A stretch of 64,000 nucleotides of DNA from Anaerolineales bacterium UBA1429 (GCA_002329325.1 DCTX01000078.1:4198-68197), one strand, 5' to 3'. Positions 25,442 to 35,509 are shown, counted from the first letter of the stretch. The notes: a model not told the origin generated them from the sequence alone. Made by a program: numbers and translations.

Positions 25442-26437
25442 ATGCGTACCAAGATCAAGCTCCGGCAGGCCCGCGTGCGCCGTCGCCGCGCTGCAGTGGC
25501 CGACGATGAGCGCCTCCTCACCCCAGGCGTCGCCTATGCCCGTCCTGCCCACGCCCAGTTGGCGGCCGAACCGGCGAGCTGGCGAGCCACCGATCTGCTG
25601 GGCCTGCAGCACAGGGCCGGCAACCGCGCCGTGGGCCATTTGCTGGGCCGGCAACCCGCCCCCCTTCCTTCCGTGACCCTTTCTCCCCAGCGCCAGCGTG
25701 AGCAGGCCGTGCTCACCTGGCCCCTGCGCCGCGTCCGGCAGAACAGCCTGCAGCGCATCTCGATCCCCCGCACGGCGACGGCCGATCCCGATTGGAAGAT
25801 GGTGCCGCGAGAGCACCTGGCTCGTGTGCGCGCGGCGGTGGCCATCATCAATCAGAAGGTGCGCTCGCGACGGCTGATCACCTACTTTCGCGACAATGCC
25901 CCGGGCGGCACACTGAACACCCTGCAGCAGGTGGCGAATCGCGCCCAGGTGTGGGAGTTGCGCAGCGAGGGCAGCCAGGGCTTGAGCGAGCAGGGCGGCC
26001 GCAACATGGCCTATGATACCCTGATCTATCGCATCGGGCGCTGGCAGATCGCTGCCACGCTGCTGCACGAGATGGGCCATCTTTCGGGGCTCACCGGGGC
26101 AGAGGCAGATGAGCGCAGATGCGAGGGGGCCATTGACGCTGCGCGGGTCTATGCCCCCTTTATCGAGTCGGTGCGGCCGCGTCAGGCTGCCCCCGGCGAT
26201 GAGGTAACCATCTCTGGCATGAGCTTTGGGCCGAGCCAGGAGAGCACCGACCGGGTGACCATCGGCGGCGTTGATGCAGGCCGGGCGACGGCCTGGGAGT
26301 GGCGCCATGCAGGCGGCGGCACGATTCGAGTGCGGGTACCCACCGGCGCCCATAGCGGCGAATTGGTGGTGGAGAACAACCGCATCCCCAGCAACCGGGT
26401 GCCGCTGCGCATACGCGAGCCGGCCCCAGCGCCCTAG
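25442..26437 (+). CDS. Putative zinc metallopeptidase (HEMGH) with DUF4157-type N-terminal LQxxxGNxAV motif and C-terminal IPT/TIG domain
   Basis: ATG 25442 follows GGGAGG. The N-terminal region contains LLGLQHRAGNRAVGHLL. The central part has ATLLHEMGHLSG (HExxH). The C-terminal 85 aa or so (VRPRQAAPGDEVTISGMSFG...RVTIGGVDA...IRVRVPTGAHSGELVVEN) look IPT/TIG-like. No signal peptide. Confidence 0.6.
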   Translation: MRTKIKLRQARVRRRRAAVADDERLLTPGVAYARPAHAQLAAEPASWRATDLLGLQHRAGNRAVGHLLGRQPAPLPSVTLSPQRQREQAVLTWPLRRVRQNSLQRISIPRTATADPDWKMVPREHLARVRAAVAIINQKVRSRRLITYFRDNAPGGTLNTLQQVANRAQVWELRSEGSQGLSEQGGRNMAYDTLIYRIGRWQIAATLLHEMGHLSGLTGAEADERRCEGAIDAARVYAPFIESVRPRQAAPGDEVTISGMSFGPSQESTDRVTIGGVDAGRATAWEWRHAGGGTIRVRVPTGAHSGELVVENNRIPSNRVPLRIREPAPAP

Positions 26438-26446
26438 CCATCGGCC

Positions 26447-27325
26447 TCAAGCGCTGCGCCAGATCTCCAGGGCGAATTCGTGGGGCTTGCCCCCCGCGAC
26501 CGCCTGTAGCCAGGGCTCTTGCGCCACTATCAGGCTCACGGCGCCATAGGTGCAGACCGTGATCGGACCCTGTTGCGCCCGGGCCCGCAGCCGATCCAGC
26601 ACCGCCCGCAGGATGCGCCCCTTGAACGGCGTGAACAAGTAGAACACCGTCCCGGCCGACAGGTCGGCCTCGCGTGCGTCGGCCAGCACAAAAGTCACCT
26701 GATCCAACCCAAAGGAGGCTGCCAACCTTCGGCTGAAGGCGTGGTAATCAGGCTGGATCTCGATCCCGCAGGCCGGCGCCCCCGTCAGCCAGTGCACGAC
26801 GATGGCGGCGCGCCCCAATCCGGCGCCCAGATCGCAAAAGCAATCACCCTGCTCCAAGGGCACGTGGTCTACCAGATCCAGGAGGACGCGCACCGGCGTA
26901 TCTTCCAGGTGCACGATATCGGGATGCTCGACGGAGGGGCTGCCCGCAAAGGCATCCAGCTCGAGCACGCCATCCACCAGGGCATCGGCCGGCTCGTAAT
27001 CCATGTGCAGCGCCGAGTCATCAGGCTGGCCATAGCGGGAGTAGCGCCCCAGCAGGGCCCGGACCGGCTCGCCAAAGACCTGGTCCTGACGCATCCAGTG
27101 GCGCACGCGCCCAAAGTAGCGCGCATTGACCGCCTCCAGGCGGGCGCGCAGGGCAGCGGCCCGCGCGCCGTAGGCCTGGGCCGCCTTCCCCCTGGCCTGG
27201 AAGACCTGGTAGATAAAGGCCAGTTGCTCCAGCGCCTCCACCCGCTCTCCCAGGGCCTCTTCCTCCAGCAGACTGGCGTCGGCTTCGAGGGCCAACAGAT
27301 CGGCGATCACCGGGTCACTCGTCAT
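26447..27325 (-). CDS. Class I SAM-dependent methyltransferase with helical N-terminal extension
   Basis: Motif I context CFCDLGAGLGRAAIV, then GIEIQP and FVLADA. Start moved to MTSDP (27325). Confidence 0.7.
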   Translation of the reverse strand: MTSDPVIADLLALEADASLLEEEALGERVEALEQLAFIYQVFQARGKAAQAYGARAAALRARLEAVNARYFGRVRHWMRQDQVFGEPVRALLGRYSRYGQPDDSALHMDYEPADALVDGVLELDAFAGSPSVEHPDIVHLEDTPVRVLLDLVDHVPLEQGDCFCDLGAGLGRAAIVVHWLTGAPACGIEIQPDYHAFSRRLAASFGLDQVTFVLADAREADLSAGTVFYLFTPFKGRILRAVLDRLRARAQQGPITVCTYGAVSLIVAQEPWLQAVAGGKPHEFALEIWRSA

Positions 27326-27535
27326 GCACAGCACCTCACACGTTCTCGCTATCAGGCTCGCTATGAGCAAGCAGTATAGGGCGGTGTGCGCGCCCTGTCA
27401 GATCCTACCCGCGCACCGGCGGCTCCTGTATAATGACCACAGGAGATGTGCACCGGTGGCTTGCCGGGAACGTTGCATACCCGTTTCGCGTCTCCAGTGT
27501 ATGGGGTTCTGAACCATCTAGTTAGGAGGAATACG

Positions 27536-29095
27536 ATGCAAGGCAACACACGCCGCGCCTATCTCATTTTCGTTGCGGCGATCCTGGTGCTGACGGTGAC
27601 CGCCACCGCCTTTGCCCAGACGGTCGCCCCCACTGCCACGTCGCGGGCCGCCCTGACGCCGGAGACCAACGAGGCCGCCGAGGACGAAGAGGCGGTAGCG
27701 GAGGAATCACCAGCTGAGGAGGAGGCAGGCCTCGCGGCCATGGCCCTGCCCGGCTCCCTCGAGCTCACCGTGTACAACCAGAACCTGGGTCTGGTCAAAG
27801 AGGTGCGCACCCTGGATCTGGCCGCCGGGATCAACGAGGTGCGCTTTACCGACGTGGCCAGCCAGATCCAGCCGACCACGGTGCACGTCGTATCGCTGAC
27901 GGCCCCCAACCAGACGATCCTGCTGGAGCAGAACTATGAGTACGACCTGGTCAGCAGCTACAAGCTCCTGCAGCGCTACATTGACCAGCCGATCCGCCTG
28001 ACCACCAGCCAGGGGCAGATCTACACCGGCACGCTCCTCTCGGGCTATGACGATGTGATCCTGGCGACGGACGAGGGGATCAACATCATCAAGGCCGACG
28101 AGATCCAGGAGTTCTCCTTCCCCGCCCTGCCCGAAGGGCTGATCACCCGGCCCACCCTGGTGTGGCTGCTGCAGGCCGACGAGGCGGGCGAGCAGGAGCT
28201 GCAGGTGACCTATCTCACCAGCGGCATTAGCTGGCAGGCCGATTACATCGCCATGCTGAACGCCGACGATGACGAGCTTTCGCTCACCGGCTGGATCAGC
28301 CTGGATAACAACAGCGGCGCCACCTATCGCGATGCCAAGCTCAAGCTCGTGGCGGGCGAGATCAGCCAGGTCGTCGTCGAAAAAGAGTACGCGATGGAGG
28401 ACATGCTCGTCCGCGCCATGGCGACCCCGGCGCCCCAGGTGGCCGAGCGCAGCTTCTTCGAGTACCACCTGTACGAGGTTGCCCGCCCCGTCACGGTGCG
28501 CGATCGCCAGACCAAGCAGATCGAGTTCGTGCAGGCCCCCGAGGTGGCGGTGGAGAAGGAATACGTCTTCCAGTTCACCTCGCCCATCTATGTAGGGCTG
28601 GGCAGCGCCATCACCGAGCGCTACTATGAGAGCGCTGCGCCGGTGAATGCCGAGGTGCGCATCGAGATCGTGAACGACGAAGAGAGCGGGCTGGGCATGC
28701 CCCTCCCCCAGGGCATCGTCCGCGTCTACAAAGAGGACATTGACGGGGGCGCCCAACTGGTGGGCGAGGCCAGCATCAACCACACGCCTCGCAACGAGGC
28801 GATCAACCTGACCCTGGGGCGCGCCTTTGACATCGTGGGCGAGCGCACCCAGACCAACTTCCGCCAACTGGGCGAGCGCCAGATCGAGGAGACGATCGAG
28901 ATCGAGCTGCGCAACCAGAAGGATGAGCCGGTCACCGTGCGGCTGATCGAGAACCTCTACCGCGCTCAGGATGCGGAGGTGCTCGAAAGCAGCGCCGACT
29001 ATACCGAGGTGGATGCCAACACCATCGAGTACGAGGTCGAGATCGGGGCCGAGGGCTCGGCGACCATCACCTACACGGTGATGTATCGCTGGTAG
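27536..29095 (+). CDS. DUF4139-domain protein (DUF4140/DUF4139, MuiA-like), secreted
   Basis: ATG 27536 follows AGGAGG. Signal peptide AYLIFVAAILVLTVTATAFA. LELTVYNQNLGLVKEVRTLDLAAGINEVRFTDVASQIQPTTVHV and ISWQADY...LTGWISLDNNSG match my recollection of this family. Confidence 0.75.
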   Translation: MQGNTRRAYLIFVAAILVLTVTATAFAQTVAPTATSRAALTPETNEAAEDEEAVAEESPAEEEAGLAAMALPGSLELTVYNQNLGLVKEVRTLDLAAGINEVRFTDVASQIQPTTVHVVSLTAPNQTILLEQNYEYDLVSSYKLLQRYIDQPIRLTTSQGQIYTGTLLSGYDDVILATDEGINIIKADEIQEFSFPALPEGLITRPTLVWLLQADEAGEQELQVTYLTSGISWQADYIAMLNADDDELSLTGWISLDNNSGATYRDAKLKLVAGEISQVVVEKEYAMEDMLVRAMATPAPQVAERSFFEYHLYEVARPVTVRDRQTKQIEFVQAPEVAVEKEYVFQFTSPIYVGLGSAITERYYESAAPVNAEVRIEIVNDEESGLGMPLPQGIVRVYKEDIDGGAQLVGEASINHTPRNEAINLTLGRAFDIVGERTQTNFRQLGERQIEETIEIELRNQKDEPVTVRLIENLYRAQDAEVLESSADYTEVDANTIEYEVEIGAEGSATITYTVMYRW

Positions 29096-29110
29096 CCGGC
29101 CGCAACGCCA

Positions 29111-29151
29111 CGCGGGGGAGGGCTGTGAACAGCCCTCCCCCGCGCGCTTTT
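29111..29151. terminator. Bidirectional intrinsic terminator
   Basis: Perfect 15-bp stem cgcgggggagggctg / cagccctcccccgcg with loop tgaa, followed by cgctttt. Confidence 0.6.
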
Positions 29152-30868
29152 ACCAGCGGAAATCCCGCAGCACCGACCCCCCGATGAACTCGCGCAGGAT
29201 CGAGTTCTCCGGCACCAGGGAGCCATCGCACGGCTTGAGCCACCGCAGGAAGCTGAGCAGCCGGCGCGCCTCCACCGATTCGGGCGCCCCATGGGGCACC
29301 TGCAGCAGCAGCGGCTCGGCCAGCGGCTTGAGCACCGAGAGCTCGTAGACCAGGGCCGAGTTGAACATGACATCGGCGTTTTCCTGGTACGGAAAGATGT
29401 TGCGCTCCTCGCCTCGCCGCACACCCTGCCAACGGCGGATCGTCTCGGTGGCCGAGATGCTCCGGTAGCGCTGGTCGCGCACGATGCGCCGCAACAGACG
29501 GTTATCGGTGGTGGGGATGCGGTTGTGGTGATCCAGGTTCAACTGGGTCAATGCCGAGACGTACACGCGAAAGACCTGCTCCTCGGGGATCTGGTAGATC
29601 AGCTCCGGGTTCAGCCCGTGGATCCCCTCGATGAGCAAGATGGCGTCGCCATCCAGCTGGACCTCAGGGCCGGGCAAGCTCCGGCCTGTGGGGAAATCGA
29701 AGCGGGGGATCTGCACCCGTTGCCCCGCCAGCAGCGCCGCCAACTGCTCGTTGAACAACCGGACGTTCACCGCCCCCAGCGACTCGAAATCGTACTCGCC
29801 GTGCTCGTCCCGCGGCGTAAGCTCGCGATCCACGAAATAGTCGTCCAGCCCCAGGGGGAACGGCCTGCGCTCCGAGGCCATGAGCTGGATGGCCAGCCGG
29901 TTGGCAAAGGTGGTCTTGCCCGATGATGAGGGCCCGGCGATCAGCACCAGGCGCACGGTCCCGCGGGCGAGGATGGCCTGGGCGATCTCGGAGATGCGCT
30001 TCTCATGCAGCGCCTCTGAGACCAGGACCGCCCGCTGGGCCTGGCCGCTCTCGATGGCCTCGTTCATCGAGCCCACGTCCTCGATGCCCAGGATGCCCAG
30101 CCAGCGGCCGTACTCGCGGAATACCCCCATCAGTTTGGGATACTGACGGTGGGAATCCAGGGGGTAGATGTGTTTGCGTATCTGGATGCGCAGGATGAAC
30201 CCCGGCCCATAGTGCTCCAGCGAGAACTCGCCCAGGCGACCCGTGTGCGGCAGCATGTGGCCGTAGAAATAGTCACGCACGCCGCGCAGGGTATAGACCG
30301 TGACGGCGCCCCCCTCACGTCCTGTAAAGAGGCGCACCTTGTCTTCATAGCCCTGGGAGGCGAAAAGATCGATGGCTTCCTGCAGCGGCAGGCGCTCCTT
30401 GTAGATCGGCTCGTCGGCCGCCAGAATCTCGCGCATGCGCCCGGCGATGGCCTCCAGCTCGCCCTCTGTGAAGGGCGGCCGCCCCTCCACCTGGCAGTAG
30501 AACCCCCCCAGGGTGACCGAGTGGTCCACATACAGCCGCCCCTCGGGGAACAGCTCGCGGGCCGCCACGATCATGACAAACGTCAGGGAGCGCTGGTAGA
30601 TGCGCAGGCCATCGGCGGAGTAGGTGTCCACGGGCTGGACATCGCAATCGCGCACCACGGGGTAGCTCAGCTCGCGCAGCTCGCCATCCACCAGGGCGCC
30701 GACGATGGCGGCCTCGGGCTCGGTGTAGGCGGCATCGATGAAATCCAACAGCGGCGTGCCCACCGGCCCCTGATAGATGCGCCCATCGCTCAGATGGATG
30801 CGCACCGTCTTGCGGGGCCGCGATAGCGTGATCCTGCTGCGCGCGGGGCGATCAGGAGGGGCGGTCAT
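29150..30868 (-). CDS. Uridine/nucleoside kinase family protein with N-terminal TGS and ThrRS-SAD-like domains
   Basis: N-terminal IHLSDGRIYQGPVGTPLLDFI (TGS-like). P-loop LIAGPSSSGKTTFANRL, then LDDYF and LLIEGIHGLNP as in PRK/uridine kinases. The start shares ATGA with the stop of the upstream gene. Confidence 0.75.
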   Translation of the reverse strand: MTAPPDRPARSRITLSRPRKTVRIHLSDGRIYQGPVGTPLLDFIDAAYTEPEAAIVGALVDGELRELSYPVVRDCDVQPVDTYSADGLRIYQRSLTFVMIVAARELFPEGRLYVDHSVTLGGFYCQVEGRPPFTEGELEAIAGRMREILAADEPIYKERLPLQEAIDLFASQGYEDKVRLFTGREGGAVTVYTLRGVRDYFYGHMLPHTGRLGEFSLEHYGPGFILRIQIRKHIYPLDSHRQYPKLMGVFREYGRWLGILGIEDVGSMNEAIESGQAQRAVLVSEALHEKRISEIAQAILARGTVRLVLIAGPSSSGKTTFANRLAIQLMASERRPFPLGLDDYFVDRELTPRDEHGEYDFESLGAVNVRLFNEQLAALLAGQRVQIPRFDFPTGRSLPGPEVQLDGDAILLIEGIHGLNPELIYQIPEEQVFRVYVSALTQLNLDHHNRIPTTDNRLLRRIVRDQRYRSISATETIRRWQGVRRGEERNIFPYQENADVMFNSALVYELSVLKPLAEPLLLQVPHGAPESVEARRLLSFLRWLKPCDGSLVPENSILREFIGGSVLRDFRW

Positions 30869-31515
30869 CGCGATTGCCCATAGTCATTCATGTACACCTG
30901 ATGGGCGCGGGCCACCTCGTCGGCGGGGATCTCATCGGGCTGACCGAGCTGCAGCGCGTAATAGACGGTGCGGGCCACATCCTCCACCATCACGGCAGCC
31001 TTGACGGCGGCCTCCACCGTGGGGCCGATGGTGAACACGCCATGGTTCTTGATGAGGATCGCCCGGCTGGTGCCGATGGAGCGCACCAGTTCACGCCCGA
31101 TCTCCTCGCCGCCGATCTGGCAGTAATCCCCGATGGGGATGGGGCCGCCGAACTCGTCGGCGATGGCCGTGAGCACCACAGGGATCGGCTTGCCCACGGC
31201 GGCAAAGGCCGTGGCAAAAGTCGAGTGGGTGTGCACCATGCCCATCACGTCGGGTCGATGGCGGTAGACGTACAGGTGGGTGGCGGCATCTACCGAAGGC
31301 TTGAGATCGCCCTGCATCACGCGGCCATCCAGATCCACCACCACCATCTGCTCCGGCCGCATGGCCTCATAGCGCACCCCGCTGGGCTTGATAACGATAT
31401 AGCCCGTCTCCGGATCGCGGCCGCTGACGTTGCCGCTGGTCCAGGTGACCAGGCCCGCGTCGGGCAGCATGCGGTTGCCCTCGTATACCTGTTGGCGCAA
31501 CTGCTCGATTGACAT
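30865..31515 (-). CDS. araD: L-ribulose-5-phosphate 4-epimerase / class II aldolase family
   Basis: MSIEQLRQQVYEGNRMLPDAGLVTWTSGNVSGRD...VIKPSGVRYEAM...DAATHLYVYRH...VHTHSTFATA is collinear with E. coli AraD from memory. Start moved to ATG 31515. Confidence 0.75.
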   Translation of the reverse strand: MSIEQLRQQVYEGNRMLPDAGLVTWTSGNVSGRDPETGYIVIKPSGVRYEAMRPEQMVVVDLDGRVMQGDLKPSVDAATHLYVYRHRPDVMGMVHTHSTFATAFAAVGKPIPVVLTAIADEFGGPIPIGDYCQIGGEEIGRELVRSIGTSRAILIKNHGVFTIGPTVEAAVKAAVMVEDVARTVYYALQLGQPDEIPADEVARAHQVYMNDYGQSR

Positions 31516-31768
31516 AGGCTCCCCCTTCCGTGGATGTTGCCTGGGATTATCCCCCGGGCCAGGGGCGGTGTCAATGTAGGCCAGTGTGCAGGTGAAAGAG
31601 GCGTTGCGCCCGACGCCCAAGGTACGACATATCGTGTACCACCTGAGGCAACCTACTATATGTGGCTATCATGATAGGATGCCTCGCGGAAGGCGGCGGG
31701 CATACCGGATATTTACGATTCAGCAGCATACGAGCTTGGGATACGTCATGGGTTGGTTCGCGTCGTTC

Positions 31769-31797
31769 TTGACATTCTCTTTGGTTGTTGGTAAAGT
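31769..31797 (+). promoter_or_regulatory. Candidate promoter for acs with a leader of about 275 nt
   Basis: TTGACA (31769-31774), 17-nt spacer, TAAAGT (31792-31797), inside a visibly lower-GC 560-bp intergenic region. Confidence 0.4.
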
Positions 31798-32078
31798 AGG
31801 CCGCGGTTACGCTGTTGAATGCAAGCAGTTGCTTACGCATTCGCAAGTTTTCGAGATTCGGGCAGGAATGCCCAAAGCCGGGCATCTACATTGGAGTGGA
31901 AGGCGCGTGTGCCCCGCCCTGGTTCGTGGCAGAGCTCCCGGCGGGCGTCCGCCAGGCATGGCCCAGGGAGCCCTCATGGCCGAGCCTCTGCGCTCCAGAT
32001 GCCGACGCTCTGGAGCATACCCGCCTCCCTCGAAAGTCGGTTCCAGTACCACACAGGTAGACCAAAGGAGACCAAGCA

Positions 32079-34043
32079 ATGTCAGCCGAGCAGACGAACA
32101 ACGTGAACCTGCGCTTCCCGCCTTCGCCCGAGTTCTCGCAGCATGCCCTCATCGGGTCCATGGAGCAGTATCAGGAGATGTACGACCGCTCCGTCAACGA
32201 CCCGGATGGCTTTTGGCTTGAGCAGGCCAAGATGCTCGATTGGATCCAGTTCCCGACCAAGGGACGCGAGTACACCTGGAAAACCGAAGAGCGTCAGATC
32301 GAGCACAGATGGTTCGCAGATGGCGTGCTGAACGTCTCGGCCAACTGCCTGGATCGGCACGTCACCACTTGGCGCAAGAACAAGGCAGCCATCATCTGGC
32401 AGGGCGAGCCGGAAGAAGATGTCGTTACCCTAACGTATCAGGATCTGTATCGTGAGGTCAACAAGTTCGCCAACGTCCTCAAGAGCCATGGCGTGGGCAA
32501 GGGCGACCGGGTCGCCATCTATCTGCCCATGATCCCGGAGCTGGCCATCGCCCTGCTGGCCTGCACCCGCATCGGCGCGATCCACTCGGTGGTGTTCGGT
32601 GGGTTCAGCGCCTCCTCGCTGGCCAGCCGCATCCAGGATTGCGATGCCAAGCTGCTGATCACCAGCAACGTCTCGCTGCGCGCCGGCCGGGCGATCCCCC
32701 TCAAGACCACCTCGGACGAGGCTCTCAAGAGCTGCCCCGGCGTGGAGAAGGTGGTCGTCGTGATGCGCACCGACGACGAGGTGGCCATGGAGGAAGGCCG
32801 CGACGTGTACTGGAGCGAGGAGATGGCCCAGGCCGCCGCGTACTGCGAGCCCGAGCCGATGAACGCCGAGGATCCGCTCTTTATCCTGTACACCTCCGGT
32901 TCGACGGGCGCCCCCAAGGGCATCATGCACACCACGGGCGGCTATCTGCTGTACACCGCTCTGACGCACAAACTGATCTTTGATATCCATGACGATGACA
33001 CCTACTGGTGCACCGCCGATATCGGTTGGATCACCGGTCACAGCTATATTGTCTACGGCCCGCTGGCCAATGGCGCCACCTCGCTCATGTTCGAGGGCGT
33101 GCCCACCTATCCTGATGCCAGCCGTTTCTGGCAGATCGTGGACAAGTTCAACGTCAATATCTTTTACACGGCGCCCACGGCGATCCGCTCGCTGCAGCGT
33201 CTCGGCAACGACTGGGTCCAGAAGGCCGATCTCTCGAGCCTGCGGCTGTTGGGCAGCGTGGGTGAGCCGATCAACCCCGCCGCGTGGCTCTGGTACTATG
33301 AGCAGATCGGCAAGAGCCGCTGCCCCATCGTGGATACCTGGTGGCAGACGGAGACGGGCGGCATCCTGATCACGCCGCTGCCCGGCGCCCATACCCTCAA
33401 GCCCGCCAGCGCCTCCAAGCCTTTCTTTGGCGTCGAGCCCCTCATCCTCAAGGAGGATGGCACTCCGGCGCCCATCGGCGAATCCGGCCCGCTGTGCATC
33501 ACCAAGCCGTGGCCTGCCATGGCCCGCACCATGTGGGGCGACCATGACCGCTTTATCGATACCTACTTTACCATGTACTATGACCTCTACTTCACCGGCG
33601 ATGGCTGCATCAAGGATGCGGACGGCGACTACTGGCTGCAAGGCCGTATCGATGACGTCGTCAACATCTCGGGCCACCGCATCGGCACCGCCGAGGTGGA
33701 GCACGCCCTGGTGAGCCACCCCGCGGTCTCCGAGGCCGCCGTGGTGGGGCGCCCGCACGATGTCAAGGGCCAGGCGCTCTATGCGTATGTGACCCTGCAG
33801 GAGGGCGTGGCCGAGACCGATGAGCTGATCAACGAGCTGATGCAGCAGATCCGCCGCGAGATCGGCCCCATCGCCCGCCCGGACGAGATCCAGTTCACCG
33901 ATGCCCTGCCCAAGACCCGCAGCGGCAAGATCATGCGCCGCATCCTGCGCAAGATCGCCGAAGGCGACCTGAGCAATCTGGGGGATACGACCACCCTGGC
34001 CGATCCCGGCGTCGTCGAACACCTGATCGAAGGGCGCAAGTAG
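32079..34043 (+). CDS. acs: Acetyl-coenzyme A synthetase
   Basis: 654 aa with [11 protein letters not shown] (AMP-binding), WWQTETGG and the C-terminal [18 protein letters not shown] motif. AAAGGAG RBS. Confidence 0.95.
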   Translation: MSAEQTNNVNLRFPPSPEFSQHALIGSMEQYQEMYDRSVNDPDGFWLEQAKMLDWIQFPTKGREYTWKTEERQIEHRWFADGVLNVSANCLDRHVTTWRKNKAAIIWQGEPEEDVVTLTYQDLYREVNKFANVLKSHGVGKGDRVAIYLPMIPELAIALLACTRIGAIHSVVFGGFSASSLASRIQDCDAKLLITSNVSLRAGRAIPLKTTSDEALKSCPGVEKVVVVMRTDDEVAMEEGRDVYWSEEMAQAAAYCEPEPMNAEDPLFILYTSGSTGAPKGIMHTTGGYLLYTALTHKLIFDIHDDDTYWCTADIGWITGHSYIVYGPLANGATSLMFEGVPTYPDASRFWQIVDKFNVNIFYTAPTAIRSLQRLGNDWVQKADLSSLRLLGSVGEPINPAAWLWYYEQIGKSRCPIVDTWWQTETGGILITPLPGAHTLKPASASKPFFGVEPLILKEDGTPAPIGESGPLCITKPWPAMARTMWGDHDRFIDTYFTMYYDLYFTGDGCIKDADGDYWLQGRIDDVVNISGHRIGTAEVEHALVSHPAVSEAAVVGRPHDVKGQALYAYVTLQEGVAETDELINELMQQIRREIGPIARPDEIQFTDALPKTRSGKIMRRILRKIAEGDLSNLGDTTTLADPGVVEHLIEGRK

Positions 34044-34056
34044 GCGCCTGATGGGA

Positions 34057-34102
34057 GGGGCGCACTCGTAGCGCATGGCGCTGCGGGTGCGCCCCCCTTT
34101 TT
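34057..34102 (+). terminator. Intrinsic terminator after acs
   Basis: Stem ggggcgcac / gtgcgcccc (9 bp) with a structured 21-nt loop, followed by cc + ttttt (34098-34102). Confidence 0.65.
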
Positions 34103-34133
34103 CGCACACAATCAACTGCTGGGGAGGGCCTCC

Positions 34134-35429
34134 ATGACAGCAACGGACTCGCCGAAAGTCATGAATCGCTGGCTGGTGGTGGTTGGCGCCATACTGGTCC
34201 AGCTCTGCCTGGGTGCACTGTACGCCTGGAGCGTGTACACGCCCTATCTGACCAAAGAGCCTTTCTTGTTCACCAAGACGCAGACCCAGATCATCTTTTC
34301 CGTGTCGTTGGCCAGCTTTGCCTTCACCATGATCCTGGCGGGGCGCTGGCAGGCGCGCTCTGGGCCGCGCATCGTGGCGCTGACGGGCGGAATCGTCATG
34401 GGCGCGGGCTATGTCCTGGCCGGCGTGCTGGGCAACAGCCTTTTCGGCTACTTTGTGAATCAGATCCTCTTCGTCGGCCTGGTGGCCGGCATCGGCGTGG
34501 GGCTGGCCTACGTGTGCCCCATCGCCTGCGGCATCAAATGGTTCCCCGATAAGAAGGGGCTGATCACCGGGTTGGCGGTGGCGGGCTTTGGCTTTGGCGC
34601 CCTGATCTGGATCCAGCTTGCAGGGGAGTTTGGCGGCTTGCTGGCGCGGTTTGGCGTGCTGAACGTCTTTACCATCTATGGCATCGCCTACGCCGTGGCC
34701 ATCGTCCTGGGTTCCACCTGGTTGGTGAACCCGCCGCCGGGGTATTGCCCCCCGGGCTGGTCGCCCACGACGGCCAAGGCCACCAACAACTCGCCCACCA
34801 ACGCGGGGCCGAGCATGGGCCCCGGCGCCATGCTGCGCACCCCCCAGTTCTATGGCATCTGGGTCATGTTCCTCTTTAGCGCCATGGCCGGTCTGCTGGT
34901 GATCGGGAATATCAAGCTCTTTGGCATCGAGGCGCTGCAGGCCGGAGGCTTTAGCGCCGATCGGGCCAGCGCCATCGCCGGGGTCGCCATGGCGGTGTTC
35001 TACTCCATCGCCAACGGCGGCGGGCGCATCATCTGGGGCGCCATCTCGGATCGCATCGGCCGCAAGCTGTCGCTGATCATCATGTGCGCCGTGCAAGGCG
35101 TGATCATGATCGCCTTCTTCTGGATGGGCGGCATCCCGGCGCTGCTCTACATCGGCACAACCATCATCGGTTTCAACTATGGTGGCGCCTTTGCCCTCTT
35201 CCCAACGGTCACCGGCGACCTGTTCGGCACCGACCATGTGGGAGAGAACTATGGTTGGGTCTTTACCTCCTATGGTGTGGGCGGCATCATCGGCCCCATC
35301 ATGGCCGCGGGCATCCGCGATGCCCTGGGCAACTGGGTTGCGGGCTTTGTGATCGCCGGCGTGGCCTGCCTGGTCGCCGCCGTGATCGCCACACAGCTCA
35401 AGCCGCCCAAGGTGGCCAAGCTGGCCTAG
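34134..35429 (+). CDS. MFS transporter, oxalate/formate antiporter (OFA)-like family
   Basis: 431 aa with about 12 TM segments. The N-terminus NRWLVVVGAILVQLCLGALYAWSV is typical of OFA-family members. Confidence 0.8.
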   Translation: MTATDSPKVMNRWLVVVGAILVQLCLGALYAWSVYTPYLTKEPFLFTKTQTQIIFSVSLASFAFTMILAGRWQARSGPRIVALTGGIVMGAGYVLAGVLGNSLFGYFVNQILFVGLVAGIGVGLAYVCPIACGIKWFPDKKGLITGLAVAGFGFGALIWIQLAGEFGGLLARFGVLNVFTIYGIAYAVAIVLGSTWLVNPPPGYCPPGWSPTTAKATNNSPTNAGPSMGPGAMLRTPQFYGIWVMFLFSAMAGLLVIGNIKLFGIEALQAGGFSADRASAIAGVAMAVFYSIANGGGRIIWGAISDRIGRKLSLIIMCAVQGVIMIAFFWMGGIPALLYIGTTIIGFNYGGAFALFPTVTGDLFGTDHVGENYGWVFTSYGVGGIIGPIMAAGIRDALGNWVAGFVIAGVACLVAAVIATQLKPPKVAKLA

Positions 35430-35449
35430 CTCCGCTTTTCGGCAGAGCA

Positions 35450-35488
35450 AGAGCCCGGATACGTTGCTGAGCAACGTATCCGGGCTCT
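35450..35488. terminator. Bidirectional hairpin terminator
   Basis: Perfect 18-bp stem agagcccggatacgttgc / gcaacgtatccgggctct with loop tga, then gtgtttg. It lies between convergent stops at 35429 and 35510. Confidence 0.65.
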
Positions 35489-35509
35489 GTGTTTGCCGCT
35501 GCTGATGCG

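Noticed and set aside
31586-32221. 211-aa plus-strand and 104-aa minus-strand ORFs in the acs upstream region
   Set aside because: One runs into the acs coding region in another frame. Neither has an RBS or motif. The region is better explained as a promoter or leader.
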